From Octopus vulgaris (lineage: Eukaryota), in NCBI GenBank assembly GCA_951406725.2, contig OX597832.1, positions 5,518,001 to 5,582,000 on the forward strand: a stretch of 64,000 bases of DNA, read 5' to 3'. Every line of letters begins with the position of its first letter. Positions within the stretch are counted from its first letter, which is position 1. Shown piece after piece: positions 11,595 through 24,672 of this stretch. Made by a program: the position numbers and the translations under genes. Under the pieces are notes generated by a model, which saw only the letters and a program-made list of their open reading frames with translations, made no database searches and was not told the origin of the DNA.

Positions 11595-12082
11595 AAGGCA
11601 GCGAGCCGGCAGAATCGATAGCACGCTGGACAAAATGCTTAGCAGCTTTCTTCCGTCTTTACATTACATGTAGGTGGCATTCCGTTGATTACGATGAAAC
11701 GACGTCGAGGGTTCCAGTTGATCCGGTCAACGGAACAGCCCGCTCGTGAAATCAACGGGCAAGCGGCTGAGTACTCCAGACACGCATAACCTTTAACGTA
11801 GTTCTCAGGGAGATTCAGCGTGACACCGAATGCGACAAGTAGACTGGAGCAAAGTGAAATAAAATCTCTTGATCAAGGTCACAACGCGCAGTCGGGAATC
11901 GAACTCACAACATTACGATCGCGAACCGAATACGCCTAACTACTAAACAACGCTTCAAATTCCATCTTTCATCCTTTCGGAGGAGATAAAACCAGTACCA
12001 ATTGCGCAATGGGGACGATGTAATTGACTCACACCTCTTCCTTCAAAATTTCAGCCCTTCTGCCTATAGCAGAAAGGATTAT
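11595..12082 (+). mobile_element. SINE family C with a nested minus-strand tRNA-headed SINE (~11670-11953)
   Basis: Family C head (ggcagcgagccggcagaatcg) and tail are split by an insert whose reverse complement has a B-box gagttcgattccc. Confidence 0.7.
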
Positions 12083-12237
12083 TACAGGAAGATTTAACTA
12101 GGGCTTCTAGCAGATGAAACGACCATATAGAGAGTCCATCACAAAATAAAATAATGGAAATTACAGAATTAATAATAATAATAATAATAAATGGCTTCTG
12201 ATCTTAACTAACTGAAAGTGCTATGTACATTGTTTTG

Positions 12238-12580
12238 TCTTAATATAAAAGATGGTCTACTGCAAATATTCTGCTCAATACCACAGATTTGCTTGTCAGT
12301 TGTTTGACCTTAACTAGTTGAGCATGTACCTTAGTGACTGATGATATGTGCATCTCTGATCATGAGAAGTAGTGGGGGAGCATCATAGCCGTGTGTTGAG
12401 AGGAAATTTTGGAGATTTGAATAATTCACCTCTGGAAGCAGAGATGTTTCATTCTTCATCATCCTTAAGCAACCTTTATTCAGGGACCTTTTGAGTGGGA
12501 TGGGCTATTCAACCTGAAGAAAATTCTAACTGGGCCTCCACCTGCAAGGTCATGCACTGTTTATCTTGATATGAGATCAC
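12238..12580. mobile_element. Family D copy inverted relative to 10898-11364
   Basis: Reverse complement of ~11022-11364. Confidence 0.85.
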
Positions 12581-12769
12581 CTTAATAATAATACTAATAA
12601 CAGCAACAACAACAATAATAATAATAATCATCATCATAATCCTTTCTACTATAATAGGCACAAGATATGAAATTTGGGGGAGTGGCATAGTTGATTACAT
12701 TGACCCCAATACTCAGATGGTACTTATCTTATCAACCCTGAGAGGATGAAAGGCAAAGTTGAAATAGGA

Positions 12770-12787
12770 ATAATAATAATAATGATG

Positions 12788-12854
<67 letters not shown>

Positions 12855-12861
12855 TAATAAT
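12770..12861. repeat. (AAT)n/(GAT)n microsatellite
   Basis: Direct reading. Confidence 0.9.
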
Positions 12862-14194
12862 GTAATTAAAAAATGTCAAACATTTTGGTGCAAGACTTTT
12901 GGCCCACCCTGTATATTATACACACTTTAATAAGGCATTTCAGATTGGAATCTTCAGCTTTGGATTCAGTTCAGATTTACTGATGAATCAAATCAATAAT
13001 TTTATTGTTCAGATTTACTGATGAATCAAATCAATAACTTAGTTATTTATTCGTTCTACAATTTTTGTTGCATCTTGCAACCTTTTCAATAGTCGTTGAC
13101 AATAATGATTAATGCTTAACAATAGGAATTTCATAAGATAAATCATAATTTCATGAGGAGTGATAATATGCTTTTCAATTTCTCAACAACTACCATCATC
13201 TTCAGACATTTGTCACTGTGCCATTTATATTAAGCATTTGCTTTTATTTTTTTATTTTTTGTTAAGTAACTATTGAAAGCTTCTTCGAAATCAACCTTTT
13301 GCTTGGCATAAGACCAAAAAAGGATTGTGTGTGTGTGTGTGCATACCAGATATTTAGCAACATTGATGAAAATCCATAACATGGTTCACAATATAGTGGT
13401 CGAATACATTTGGTAATAATTCTATTTCATTACATGAACACCAGTTGTTATAGTACATTATTGATCCCTAAGCAGTTTATATTTCCTGTAATATTGAGCT
13501 GTGTGTCAGCCTTTTATTTACTAATTACCTAAATATCTCCAAATACCCATTTACTTTCAGTATATTAGCCACTTGCATGCTTCCACACCCTGTTATTTGA
13601 TTCAACAGTATCTCTTAGCCCTTGGGTGCTTTTGGTAGTGTCCACACTGTTGCAAGGCCTCTGGTTTGATGATAATTTCCTCCCACGGTCATTGCCTCTG
13701 AGAGGCCAACACTCGAAAGGAGCTCAGCCACTTTGCCTCTGTGAGGCCCACTGCTCAAAAGGTGCTTCAGAGATCTTGGTCATTGCCTTCATGAGGCCCA
13801 ACACTCAAAAGGTGTTTTTTTACATGCTACCGGCATGGGTACCAGTTACGAGACTTCAGCATCAGCCATTGGCATTACCCTTCCTCCTCTGAGTGATTAA
13901 GAGAAAAAAATAATAACAATAAACTTGTTTTTCATATTGTTTTGATATTTTTAGATTTTAAACATCTTAAGATGGAGTTTTTGTCTGGGGGTAGTGTGAA
14001 CTAGACACAAGCTAGGACTTACTCAACTCTGGCTGGATCACCTGGATGAAGGTGTCTGATGTTGAAAGACCCAAAATGCCTAAAGACTCCAGGAAACATT
14101 ATTATCCAGTTGCATCACAGAATTATGTATAGAAAAAGCATAGATAATCTCAGTTAATCAAAGTTTCTACAGTTCATCATATATACATATATGA

Positions 14195-14842
14195 GGCCAA
14201 GTGAAATCGCAGTCATGGATGATGCTGGTGTCACATAACTGGTACCCATGCCCATGGTACGTAAGAAGCACCTTTTGAGTGTTGGGCCTCATGGCAGCAA
14301 TGACTGACATCTTTGAACAGCTTTCGCGCATTGGGCCTCACAGAGGCAAAGTGGCTGAGCTCCTTCAAGTGTTGACCTCTCAGGGGCAATGACTGAGACC
14401 TTTGGCAGTTATGTTGTGCTTGAGATGAAGACCCATCAAGCCAAGTATAATTGCAGTTGTGACAGATATGGGCCTCGGAGGCAATGACCAAGACATTTAA
14501 AGCACCTTTCAAGCATTGAGCCCCATGGAAGCAAAGTGGCTGAGCTCCTTTCGAATGTTGGGCCTCACAGAGGCAATAAACAAGACCTTTGGCATTATGT
14601 CATGCTTGAGAAGAAGACCCATCAAGTTAAGCAAAATTGGAGTTGTGGCAGATACCGGTGTCACATAAACGCACCCATTACATTCTCAGAGTGGTTGGCA
14701 TTAGGAAGAGCCTCCAGCCGTAGAAACCATGCCAAATCAGACTGAAGTCTGGTGCAGTGTTCCAGCTTGCCAACTTTGGTCAAACGGTCCAACCCATGCC
14801 AGCATGGACAACAGACATTAAATGATGATGATGATTATGATG
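14195..14842 (+). mobile_element. SINE-like family B with internal tandem modules and (GAT)n tail
   Basis: 3' end tggcattaggaagagc...ccaacccatgccagcatgga...gatgatg; inverted partial relative at ~13625-13865; other copies at 17610-17800, 20857-21220(-), 42767-43127, 60375-60560(-), 62958-63145(-). Confidence 0.8.
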
Positions 14843-15238
14843 AGGTCCTATTGTATTTACATTTAGTAGACATATTGTTACATTCAATTACTCTTGTCTA
14901 AAAAACAAGAATTCTAAACAACTGGTTATAAGCCAACCTTCCCAATTTAAACAGAATGATGTTGAGAAACTGGCCTTTTAAAATGAAATTCTTCCATGGC
15001 TGCCAAATAAAATGATAGCAGTTTGAGCAAGTGGAAGTGATACATTATACTTTTCCACCACACTTCTGTTGCTTTAAAGAAAAAGGAACCACTATGTCAG
15101 ATATGTCTAAACACTTTTTATTTCAGGTTTACTCATCTAGTGCTGAACTGGGGCTAAATAACAACTAATACTTTCAAGGGTAACAAGCATTGTAAACTAG
15201 GAACATAATTCCTGGCAAGACTATTCTGAAACATGAAT

Positions 15239-15453
15239 TTAACTCTTCAGCATTCAGATTTCTTTGTCAAATGAATTACTTATTTATTCAGGTTGTTTTG
15301 AATTAATCATGCATTATCTTGAAGCTTCAAGATTTAAATGGTGTACTTGTATATTTTTAGGATGACATTGTAAGGTAGGTGTGAGAGGTTGGATCTCGTC
15401 AGCTTTAACATAAAACATGCAGAATATTTAGGCTGGATATTGCCAGATTAAAT
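15239..15453. mobile_element. TTAA-associated piggyBac-like MITE (~210 bp)
   Basis: ttaactcttcagcattcaga start; related copies at ~19040-19248, 40131-40355 and 57000-57210 (the last ending taaagggttaa). Confidence 0.65.
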
Positions 15454-18306
15454 TATGATTATAGTTATTTCATTTCACTTATTCCATTAATGCTCTTGAG
15501 AAATACATAAAGACCACAAATTCTCATTTCTTGGTCTTAGACCTTAATGTATCTAACAAGGTGGTAGACAGTACAGAAAAGATATGTTCCTAGGAAGTAG
15601 TACCCATTACTTGGCTTTGATTCCTAGCCATAGCTGCTTTATTATTATTATTATTATTATTATTGAGTGAGAGAGCAGTTCATGCCATCAAAGTAACACT
15701 GGGGTAAAATATACGAAGCCCAATATACCCATCATGACTACCCATCTGATAAGTACACCAGCCATGCATCACAACCATATGTGCGCAATGGTGATCTCAT
15801 ATCAAGAAAAAGACATGACCTTGCAGGTGGGGCCAGTTAGAATTTTTTCAGGTTGAGTGCCATCATTATTATTATTATTTATTATTATTATTATTATTAT
15901 TTATAATGATTTGATGTCGCTAATATTTTGAGAAAAAATAAGTAGTTGTTATTTAACTCCATGTGAGCCCTAGCTGAGATGTCTTCTAATCAAAAGTCAT
16001 TCCGGCTATGACCATCCCATCGTTTATCTCAGATGACATTATTGTCTAATGGTTATAAGTTGAGAGATTTGGCTGTTATTTTTAATATGCTGATGGTCCA
16101 TTTAGGAGTGCACATTGGTTTGCTATTCAGTATGTCATAATCTTTAATGGTGAGTTGGTCTAGTCCATTCTTCTTTTATGTTTGGAGTTCAATTGCCACC
16201 AAGGAGGAGGAAGTGGTCTCGTTTTAGGTTCAGGCATGTCTGTGTGGTAAGAAGTTTGCTTCCCAACCACATGGTTCTGGATTCAGTTTTATTATGTTAC
16301 ACATCGGGCGAATGTTTTTATGATAGTCTCAAGTTGGCCAATACCTTGTGAGCAAATTTGGTGGATGGAAACTGAGAGAAGCCTGGTGTATATATATATA
16401 TAAATCTATGTGTATGTGTCTTTGTGTCTGTGTTTGTCCTCCACCATTGCTTGACAACTTGTGATGGTTTGTTTGCATCCCTGTAACTTAGTGGTTTGGC
16501 AAAAAAGATTTATAGAATAAGTACCCAACTTTACAAAATTGTATTGGAGTCGAGTCATTCGACTAAAATTCTTCAAGGTGGGGTCCCAGCATGGCTGCAG
16601 TCTAATGACTGAAACAAGTAAAAGATAAAACATAAAATGTTCTGCCCTTCCTTCAGTAAGTATCAGTGAAACACTGGGTCAAATGAATGCATTAGATGTC
16701 CCCTCCCCAGAACCAGATGCTGACATTAGGACAATTAGCGAACCACAAAAGGTGCAAAACTCAGAGGAGTGCAGTGCACTCTTAACCTTTCAGGGTCACA
16801 GATTTTATACAAATTGTTTTAAGAAAAAACATGACAATATGCAAACATAATAGTTAATTGTTCATAACAGTTCAGAGTTCACTGTTAGTTCATAACCAGT
16901 TCATTGTTTTAAATACTAACAAAACTGTCAAACTTAATTTAAATTGGATCACAGTCATCATCATTTTATGTGTATTTTCCATGCTGGCTAGGATGGACAG
17001 AGAGTGATAGTCCAAGTCAGTCCTTATTTGGAATTACCATCTTCCTAGATAAGAGGGCTACAATGTTCTCTATTTTATACATTAATGCAAACAACTTTAT
17101 AGGTCTAAGTTTGTTGCTTTTCATTTTTTCTTTATTTTCTTTTTCTTTTTTTTTTTTTACAAAATGTCTTTTTGAAAATCTAAGGTAGAAATTTTATCTT
17201 TCTGTGGAAATGTGTGAAGGTTGATTGACTCAAGGTGACAGAATAGTTTGGCATAGATCCAGCTCCACTTTTCATGAATTAACCTTGTGTCTTTTATAAA
17301 GCATTATTTTATCTAGGACAGAGAGGTTCAAGGCTACACATCACTATTATGTCATTACTTATTGCTATCAATGATTAGAGTTCATTTAAATAGATAACAG
17401 CAATATCTGGGATATTAGCACAACACATCTTCACTACCATCCTGCTTTCTCTCTTTCCTGAGGTAGCCATGAATCTCCTCTTCAGCAAAACACCTGTTTC
17501 TATGCCTCTAGCATATTTCAACCCCTTATCACAAAGCTGCACTTCCCTTAATATTACTCTGCCTCTCAGTCAAGGGATCTTTGTGTTGTATTTTACTCAG
17601 AGACCTTACCAGTGTTGGTGCCATGTAAAAAGCACCCAATATACTCTGTAAAATGGTTGGTGTTAGGAAGGGCACCCAGTTGTAAAAACCATGCTGAAAC
17701 ACACAATGGAACTTGGCAGTTCTCTGGCTTGCCAGCTCCTGTTAAACCATCCAACCAATGTCAGTATGGAAGGAGGGCGTTAAATGGTTATGATGGTGAT
17801 ATCCTTGTTTGTTCTCTCTATGTTTAGCCCCTTGTGGGTAATAAAGAAATAGGTTATGATGGTGATATTTTGTTGTTCACTTTTTTTTTCTTTGTAATTA
17901 TTTCAGAATTTTAAGTGATCTTCTGACAGAAGGGATAAACTATCAAAGGGTAAGACAAATTGGTTCCAAACAGGTACTTGGAGAAAGCATTTAATATTTT
18001 ACTGAAACACTGCCATGGATATATATGTACACTTACAATTGTGAGATCATGGTTTCAATTACCAGACCAACTGTGTCTTGTGTTCTTGAGCAAAATACTT
18101 CATTTCATGTTGCTCCAGTCCACTCAACTGTAAACAGGTAACCCTGCAACAGGGGGAATGTCGACCTGCTTGCTTAGCCAGTGGGTTGGCATCATTCAAA
18201 TGCTAAAAGTGATGCAAAGTGCATTGTGACCAGTGATGTATAGCATCAAGTTGTCTGGTTGATTACACAAGATAGATATACACATAAGTATATAGTATGC
18301 ATATAA

Positions 18307-18349
<43 letters not shown>

Positions 18350-18553
18350 GCGTGTGTGTGTATGAATGCATGTATACATATCATACATTTGTATATATAT
18401 ATATAAGGACAAGAAATTAGAAACTTCAGGATTTATTTATAGCTAAGTTCTCTTCTTAATGCAAACAACTTTATAGGTCTAAGTTTTGTGCTTTTCATTT
18501 TTTCTTTATTTTCTTTTTTTTTTTTTTTTTTTACAAAATGTATTTTTTGAAAA

Positions 18554-18593
<40 letters not shown>

Positions 18594-19249
18594 ATTAATA
18601 TTTATGTCATAAGAATTTAGAAACTTCAGGAGACATGAAAATAATTCATTTTTAATGGTGCAAAATAGATAAAGCTCTAAATACCTATCCTTTTGGATCT
18701 CCTACCTCTTGCTTCCAGATGAAACAGAAGACCATCTTTCTTCTCAAAACTTGCACACTTTTGGATGTAAATTCACTTCACATATTTTCTAACTTGGACT
18801 TTCTCACCTATGTGTGTGAGGATTACACACCTTATCCCTCTCCCCTGCAGCTCTCCTTTTTTATCCCACCTCAACCACTCATTCAAATTTCTTGATAAGT
18901 GTGAATTCCCCCCAAAAGTCAAAGACAGGTATAATATTCCTTGTTCAAAAATGTGGAGGCAGATAAGATGCTAGTAATTACAGTCAGCAATGTCATAGAA
19001 TGAATTATCAGAAGAAAACTAATTACATTCAGCATGGCTTTAATCCTTTACTATTTAAACTGGCCCAAATATTCTACCTGTTTTCTGTTCAAACCAGCCT
19101 CTCACACTTACTCTAAAATGACATTCTAAATATATAACAATCACGTCATCAAAATCTCAAAGCTACAAGTTAATGAATGATTAATTGAAAACAATGTGAA
19201 TAGATAAGCATTACATTCTACAGAATAACCTGAATGCTAAAGGCTTAAA

Positions 19250-20110
19250 CCTGAAAGATGCAGCAATATGACTGAGTGCTGAAATACTTTTGACTCTGGG
19301 AAGGTTTTCAATGAAGTTGATCAAGGATCGTGTGTTGCAAATTGCATGATCCCAGCTAAGTGGAGAAATTAGAATAGCTGCATCACTTATTTAGAGATAG
19401 AAGTTAAATGGTTGCAGCCAATGGTGTTCTCTCAAACAAGACACTGATCTTGGGTGGAGTGTCACAGGGAACTGTCTTGGAGACTTGGTTGTTTGTGAAG
19501 GCTCTATAAGATATGCACTCAGTTATACAAACAGGCACCCTCACTAGCTATGCTGATGATATCAAACTATAACAGGCAATAAAGAACAACATGATCTTAA
19601 TACAATCTACAAGTGGGCTGAAGACAATAACATATGATTAATCACTGGAAAATTACAAGATCTTTGTTATCAGTCCACAAACATTTGGCAAGTGAGATAC
19701 ACAAGATTTGGAGGGATTGCAGTTCCAGAGTTGCTCTGTGTGTGTGACCTGAGGGCAGATATGATGTATCTTTCCATGTACATTTTACCACGATGACAAT
19801 GGAGTATATAGTGATAGTAGGGCAGATCCTGAAATTCACATGAGAGAAATACAGGAAACTGTGCTGCTTTGAGGGAGAACATTTGTCCCTTAACTACCTA
19901 AATTACTATTCATTACTATAGTAACCAAATAGTATTAAAACTAACAGCAGGCCTAGCAGAAATCCAATGACACATCATGAAGTTGATCACCTCAGTACAA
20001 CAGGAAGTTACCAGGAGAGGCTGAAAACATTAAAACCCTACCCTTGAATACAATACAGGGTAACATATGTAACAACCTATATTGGATGATCCTTAAAGGG
20101 GTCACACCAA
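19250..20110 (+). mobile_element. Highly degenerate LINE RT remnant
   Basis: GGVSQGTVL (GVPQG motif) near 19455 and YADDIKL at 19549; many stops and indels. Confidence 0.7.
19326..19523 (+). repeat. Left arm of a 198-bp perfect inverted duplication
   Basis: Exact reverse complement of 24673-24870, checked base by base. Confidence 0.97.
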
Positions 20111-20132
20111 ACTTAGGGAGTGAGAGGTACAT

Positions 20133-20421
20133 CATCATCATCATCATCATCATCATCGTTTAGCGTCCGTTTTCCATGCTAGCATGGGTTGGACGGTTCT
20201 ACTGGGGTCTGAAGCCAGAAGGCTTCATCAGGCCCAGTCAAATCTGGCAGTGTTTCTACGGCTGGATGCCCTTCCTAACGCCAACCACTCCGTGAGTGTA
20301 GTGGGTGCTTTTTACGTGCCACCCGCACTGGTGCCAGACAGAGCTGGCAAACGGCCACGAACGGATGGTGCTTTTTATGTGCCACCGGCACGAGGGCCAG
20401 GCGAGGCTGGTAACGGACACG
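20133..20421 (-). mobile_element. Young family B insertion with a 24-bp target-site duplication
   Basis: aaacttagggagtgagaggtacat at 20109-20132 and 20422-20445; (CAT)n tail. Confidence 0.92.
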
Positions 20422-23400
20422 AAACTTAGGGAGTGAGAGGTACATATTTTTTTAATATTATTATCCAGCCTGTACTCCACTCCCATTCTTGAAGTGTTGA
20501 TTTAAGTCTTTCAAATGTAGAAATATTCAAGTGTTTGAGTCATTCAGAATTTTAAGAGGAAACAGTGGTGTTTATTTCTCCTTCACATTCACGTCCACAA
20601 CCAGCTCTATTGAAGACTTGCACAATATGCTTCTCTGCCTACTTTCATTACCAGCCCAGCCTGCAATATATGTACAGGTATGTTGTCTGTATATGTCTCC
20701 TGTGTCATCTTATGCTTATGTATACGTGTAAATATGTACGTATATGTATTGTTGTGCATATAAGTTAGTAAACGTATCTTTATGTGCCTATATATATATA
20801 TATACACACACACACACATATACATAAGTTTGTATCTAAGATATTATGTATGTGTCATCATCATCATCATCATCATCGTTTAGCGTCCGTTTTCCATGCT
20901 AGCATGGGTTGGACGGTTCGACTGGGGATCTGGGAAGCCAGAAGGCTGCACCAGGCTCCAGTCTGATCTGGCAGTGTTTCTACAGCTGGATGCCCTTCCT
21001 AACGCCAACCACTCCGTGAGTGTAGTGGGTGCTTTTTACGTGCCACCTGCACAGGTGCCAGGAGAGGCTGGCAACGGCCATGATTGGATTGGTGCATTTT
21101 ACATGCCACCGGCACGGAAGCCAGTCAAGGCGGCGCTGGCATCAGCCACGTTCAGATGGTGCTTTTTACGTGCCACCGGCACAGGGATCACAACTGCAGT
21201 TTCCATTGATTTTGATGTTGGTGTACTTGACTCGTATATATATTTATGTGGCTGTGTGGTAAGAAGTTTGCTTCACAACCACACAGTTCTGGGTTCAGTC
21301 ATACTGTGACACCTTGGGTAAGTGTCCTCTACAATTAGCCTGAGCTGACCAATACCTAGTGAGTGGATTTATAAGATGAAAACTGAAAGAAGCCCATCAT
21401 GTGTGCATTTGTTTGTCCCCACCACCATCACTTCATGACCAGTGTTGGTTTGTTTTCATCTGCATAACTTAGTGGTTTGGCAAAAAGTGACCAACAAAAT
21501 AAGTAATAGACTTTAAAAAAATGTACTGGTATCAATTTGACTAAAACTTTTCAAATTGGTGCCCCAGCATATCTGCAGAGAAATGACTGAAACAGATTTT
21601 TATATATATATATATATATACATACAGACACACACGCACGTGTGATATACATATACCCATGGGAAATCTAAATCTCCTGTATGACAGATGTTCTACTGTT
21701 GTACCTTTGACTTTTTCTGTCTGAAAGAATTTTTCAACCTAATAATAACATGCTATTGCTTATAGCTTTATGAGAGCCTCAAGATTCCAAACAAAGAATT
21801 ATTTCACATTCTCTCAAAAGTTTATAAAATTCCTGTGTGTGTGTGTGTTTACATTTGCACTTCTCTGAAAGACTTTCAGCTATGACAGTGATGTTGTTTC
21901 TCCTGTCAACATACCACCCACTAGTTTTTGTACTTTTGAAGATGTGTGAAATAAGAGGATCCTTACTTGTAAAGCAGGTAAGGGTTAGCAACAGGAAGGG
22001 CTTTCAGCTGTAAAATCCCCAGCTAGCATCATCATCATCATCATCATCAACGTCCGCTTTCCATGCTAGCATGGGTTGGACGATTTTGACTGAGGGCTAG
22101 CGTACCAGATGGCTGCACCAGGCTCGATAAAATGAATGCAAAAAATGAAAATATGTGTGCGTTTGTGTGTGTATATTATATATATATATATCCATGCTGT
22201 GCAGACTTTATCAGTGAATATTATGTTAAGTACTGAAGATCTTGAAGTGATTTGAAACAACTATATAAGTAGGCATTATCTTCCTAAGCACAGCACATTA
22301 CTTCATTTGTCTCAATTTCAGCTTAATGTAACATAGGTACTACCTATTTTAAGTAGTTAGTGATTAGAGTCTAGCAGTTATAAGGAATTTCCTTTAACAG
22401 GGCATAAATATATACAAATTTTAAAAACTGATTTACATTAAGATAGAAATGTCTGATAAATGAATGTATATGTGGGTGATAGTGTGCTGTGCAGGTACAT
22501 AGATAAAGTACCAAATCCTTGATAAAATAGCTATCTAAACACAGAAAACATACGTTCCAAGAACAAGCTGATGTCAATATCTTTAAATTGACCCAATACA
22601 TGCTAGCATTTGTGTGTAAAAGACAAAAATCTCAAACCATGAAAATATTTATTTACAGAAGATTTAAAATACATGATAAGGAGATTATTTTTCAACAAGT
22701 AATTAGCTACAGGTTTTCTGAAAAAGGAAAGATTAACAAGAGGTGAATTACATGAATTTCATCAACATTACAAACGAAGACATTCATTCTCTATGAACAA
22801 AGATACAGTTGGCTCCCTTGTTAAAATGACACAAAACGTTTTTTTGTTTTTTCAATACCATTCCATGATAGGTCACTTAACATTAAGTTTAGTATTAATG
22901 AATGAATTGGGAAACAAAAATTAAATGCATAAATAAATGGAAAATGGTGTTCTGTTTTAATCTCACTTTAATGTTTCTGGCTAAAGTCCAAGTTATCTAA
23001 GATGAATTCTTCTCAGATGAAATGTACCACTGTGTGGAAATGAATGTAACAGCATTACTGAAATTGATGATGATGATTATATTGACAAATGTGTGAGCAG
23101 AAAGAAAATAATTTGGAACAATAGCATTGACTTTTATTGCGAGGAATGAACTGCATTTAGTCATAGATTTATGAGTTTGTTTTTAAACTATCTAATGAAT
23201 GAAGTCCTAAATAAAAGTTTGAAGAACCAGACTAAAGGCAGGGAAGAAATATTTTCAATGAGAAGTACATAACTAAAGACAAAATTAGTCATACAAATAA
23301 AACAAACTCACAGCAAATGGAAACATTGTTTTCATATTCACATCAAAATAGCTCACACAACTATGTTCACAAACAAATTTAACCTGATATCATGGCTACA

Positions 23401-23482
23401 CAACCATACTACATTGACTGACACAAACAAGATATTATTACCACACTGAGAGAAACTAATCAACTGGTCACTTATATCAAAT

Positions 23483-24143
23483 ATGGTTATTGTTGTTTAT
23501 GCTCCCCATGGTAACCTTAGAGATTTTCTACGTGACCATTGACCTCCTGTAGGGTCAGGAGATACCTACGAACGACCCGTAGCTTCCAGATCTCTCACTC
23601 AGAAAGACCTCATTTCATTCTCCTATCAAGTAGCAAGAGGAATGGAATATTTAGTATCAAAAAATTGTATTCACAGAGATCTTGCTGCACGTAATGTATT
23701 AGTAGCAGAAAATTATGTATTAAAGATTGTAGATTTTGGATTGACACGGCATCTTCAAAATATTGATTATTACAAGAAAACTACAAATGGTCGGTTGCCA
23801 GTGAAATGAATGGCGCCAGAAGCTTTATTTGACAAAAAATATACCACAAAAAGTGATGTGTGGTCTTATGGAATCCTTCAGTGGGAAATATTCACATTAG
23901 GAGGCAATCCTTATCCCTCAACCCCAGTAGAAGAGCTGTTTAAGTTGCTGCGAGACGGCTACAGAATGGAACAGCCACCATATTCTTCAGATGAAATGTA
24001 TAGTATAATGCAAAATTGCTGGACACAAAAGCCGGAAGACCGGCCTACATTTTCAACACTGGTGCAAGAGATTGACAAGATCCTCACTCGATTACTAAAC
24101 GAGAAATACCTTGAAATAGAAAGTCTGACGAGTACAACGTCAG
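23483..24143 (+). pseudogene. FGFR: FGFR tyrosine-kinase-domain processed pseudogene, 5'-truncated
   Basis: One frame: [92 protein letters not shown]; in-frame TGA at 23540 and 23807; no introns; N-lobe absent. Confidence 0.93.
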
Positions 24144-24167
24144 ACAGAAAGCTCGTGTGTGTATATA

Positions 24168-24565
24168 TACTCTTTTACTTGTTTCAGTCATTTGACTGTG
24201 GCCATGCTGGAGCACCACCTTTAATCGAGCAACTCGACCCCGGGACTTATTCTTTTGTAAACCCAGTACTTATTCTATCGGTCTCTTTTGCCGAACCGCT
24301 AAGTGACGGGGACGTAAACACACCAGCATCGGTTGTCAAGCAATGCTAGGGGGACAAACACAGACACACAAACACATACATATATATATATATACATATA
24401 TACGACAGGCTTCTTTCAGTTTCCGTCTACCAAATCCACTCACAAGGCATTGGTCGGCCCGGGGCTATAGCAGAAGACACTTGCCCAAGATGCCACGCAG
24501 TGGGACTGAACCCGGAACCATGTAGTTGGTTAGCAAGCTACTTACCACACAGCCACTCCTGCGCC
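24168..24565 (-). mobile_element. SINE family A, young full-length copy
   Basis: Reverse complement begins ggcgcaggagtggctgtgtggtaag (A-box) ... ggttcagtccc (B-box), then cttgggcaagt (CORE-like); CpGs intact. Confidence 0.92.
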
Positions 24566-24672
24566 TATATATATATATATTCACTCATACATAAACATAA
24601 CTACATTGGCTGAACAATCAAGCTTTGTTAATCCAATGTTTACTCTCAAACTTGTATACTCCTGCTGTTACC

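Noticed and set aside
12880-12913. Tc1-like TIR end (acttttggcccaccctgta)
   Set aside because: No partner end or transposase nearby
12969-13037. 31-bp tandem duplication containing CTGATGA
   Set aside because: No GAAA or stems for a hammerhead; simple slippage
15127-15179. Exon-like AG...GT segment
   Set aside because: Overlaps a dispersed repeat (ctggggctaaa-caacaac family)
23483-23809. TGA read as Trp (variant genetic code) or as Sec in the FGFR frame
   Set aside because: POMGNT1 and the profilin ORF use TGA as stop, TGG encodes Trp in the same frame, and the first TGA is at an Arg-type position
23810-24349. 179-aa kinase ORF as a functional gene
   Set aside because: Starts after a premature stop, lacks HRD/DFG, and runs into an antisense SINE
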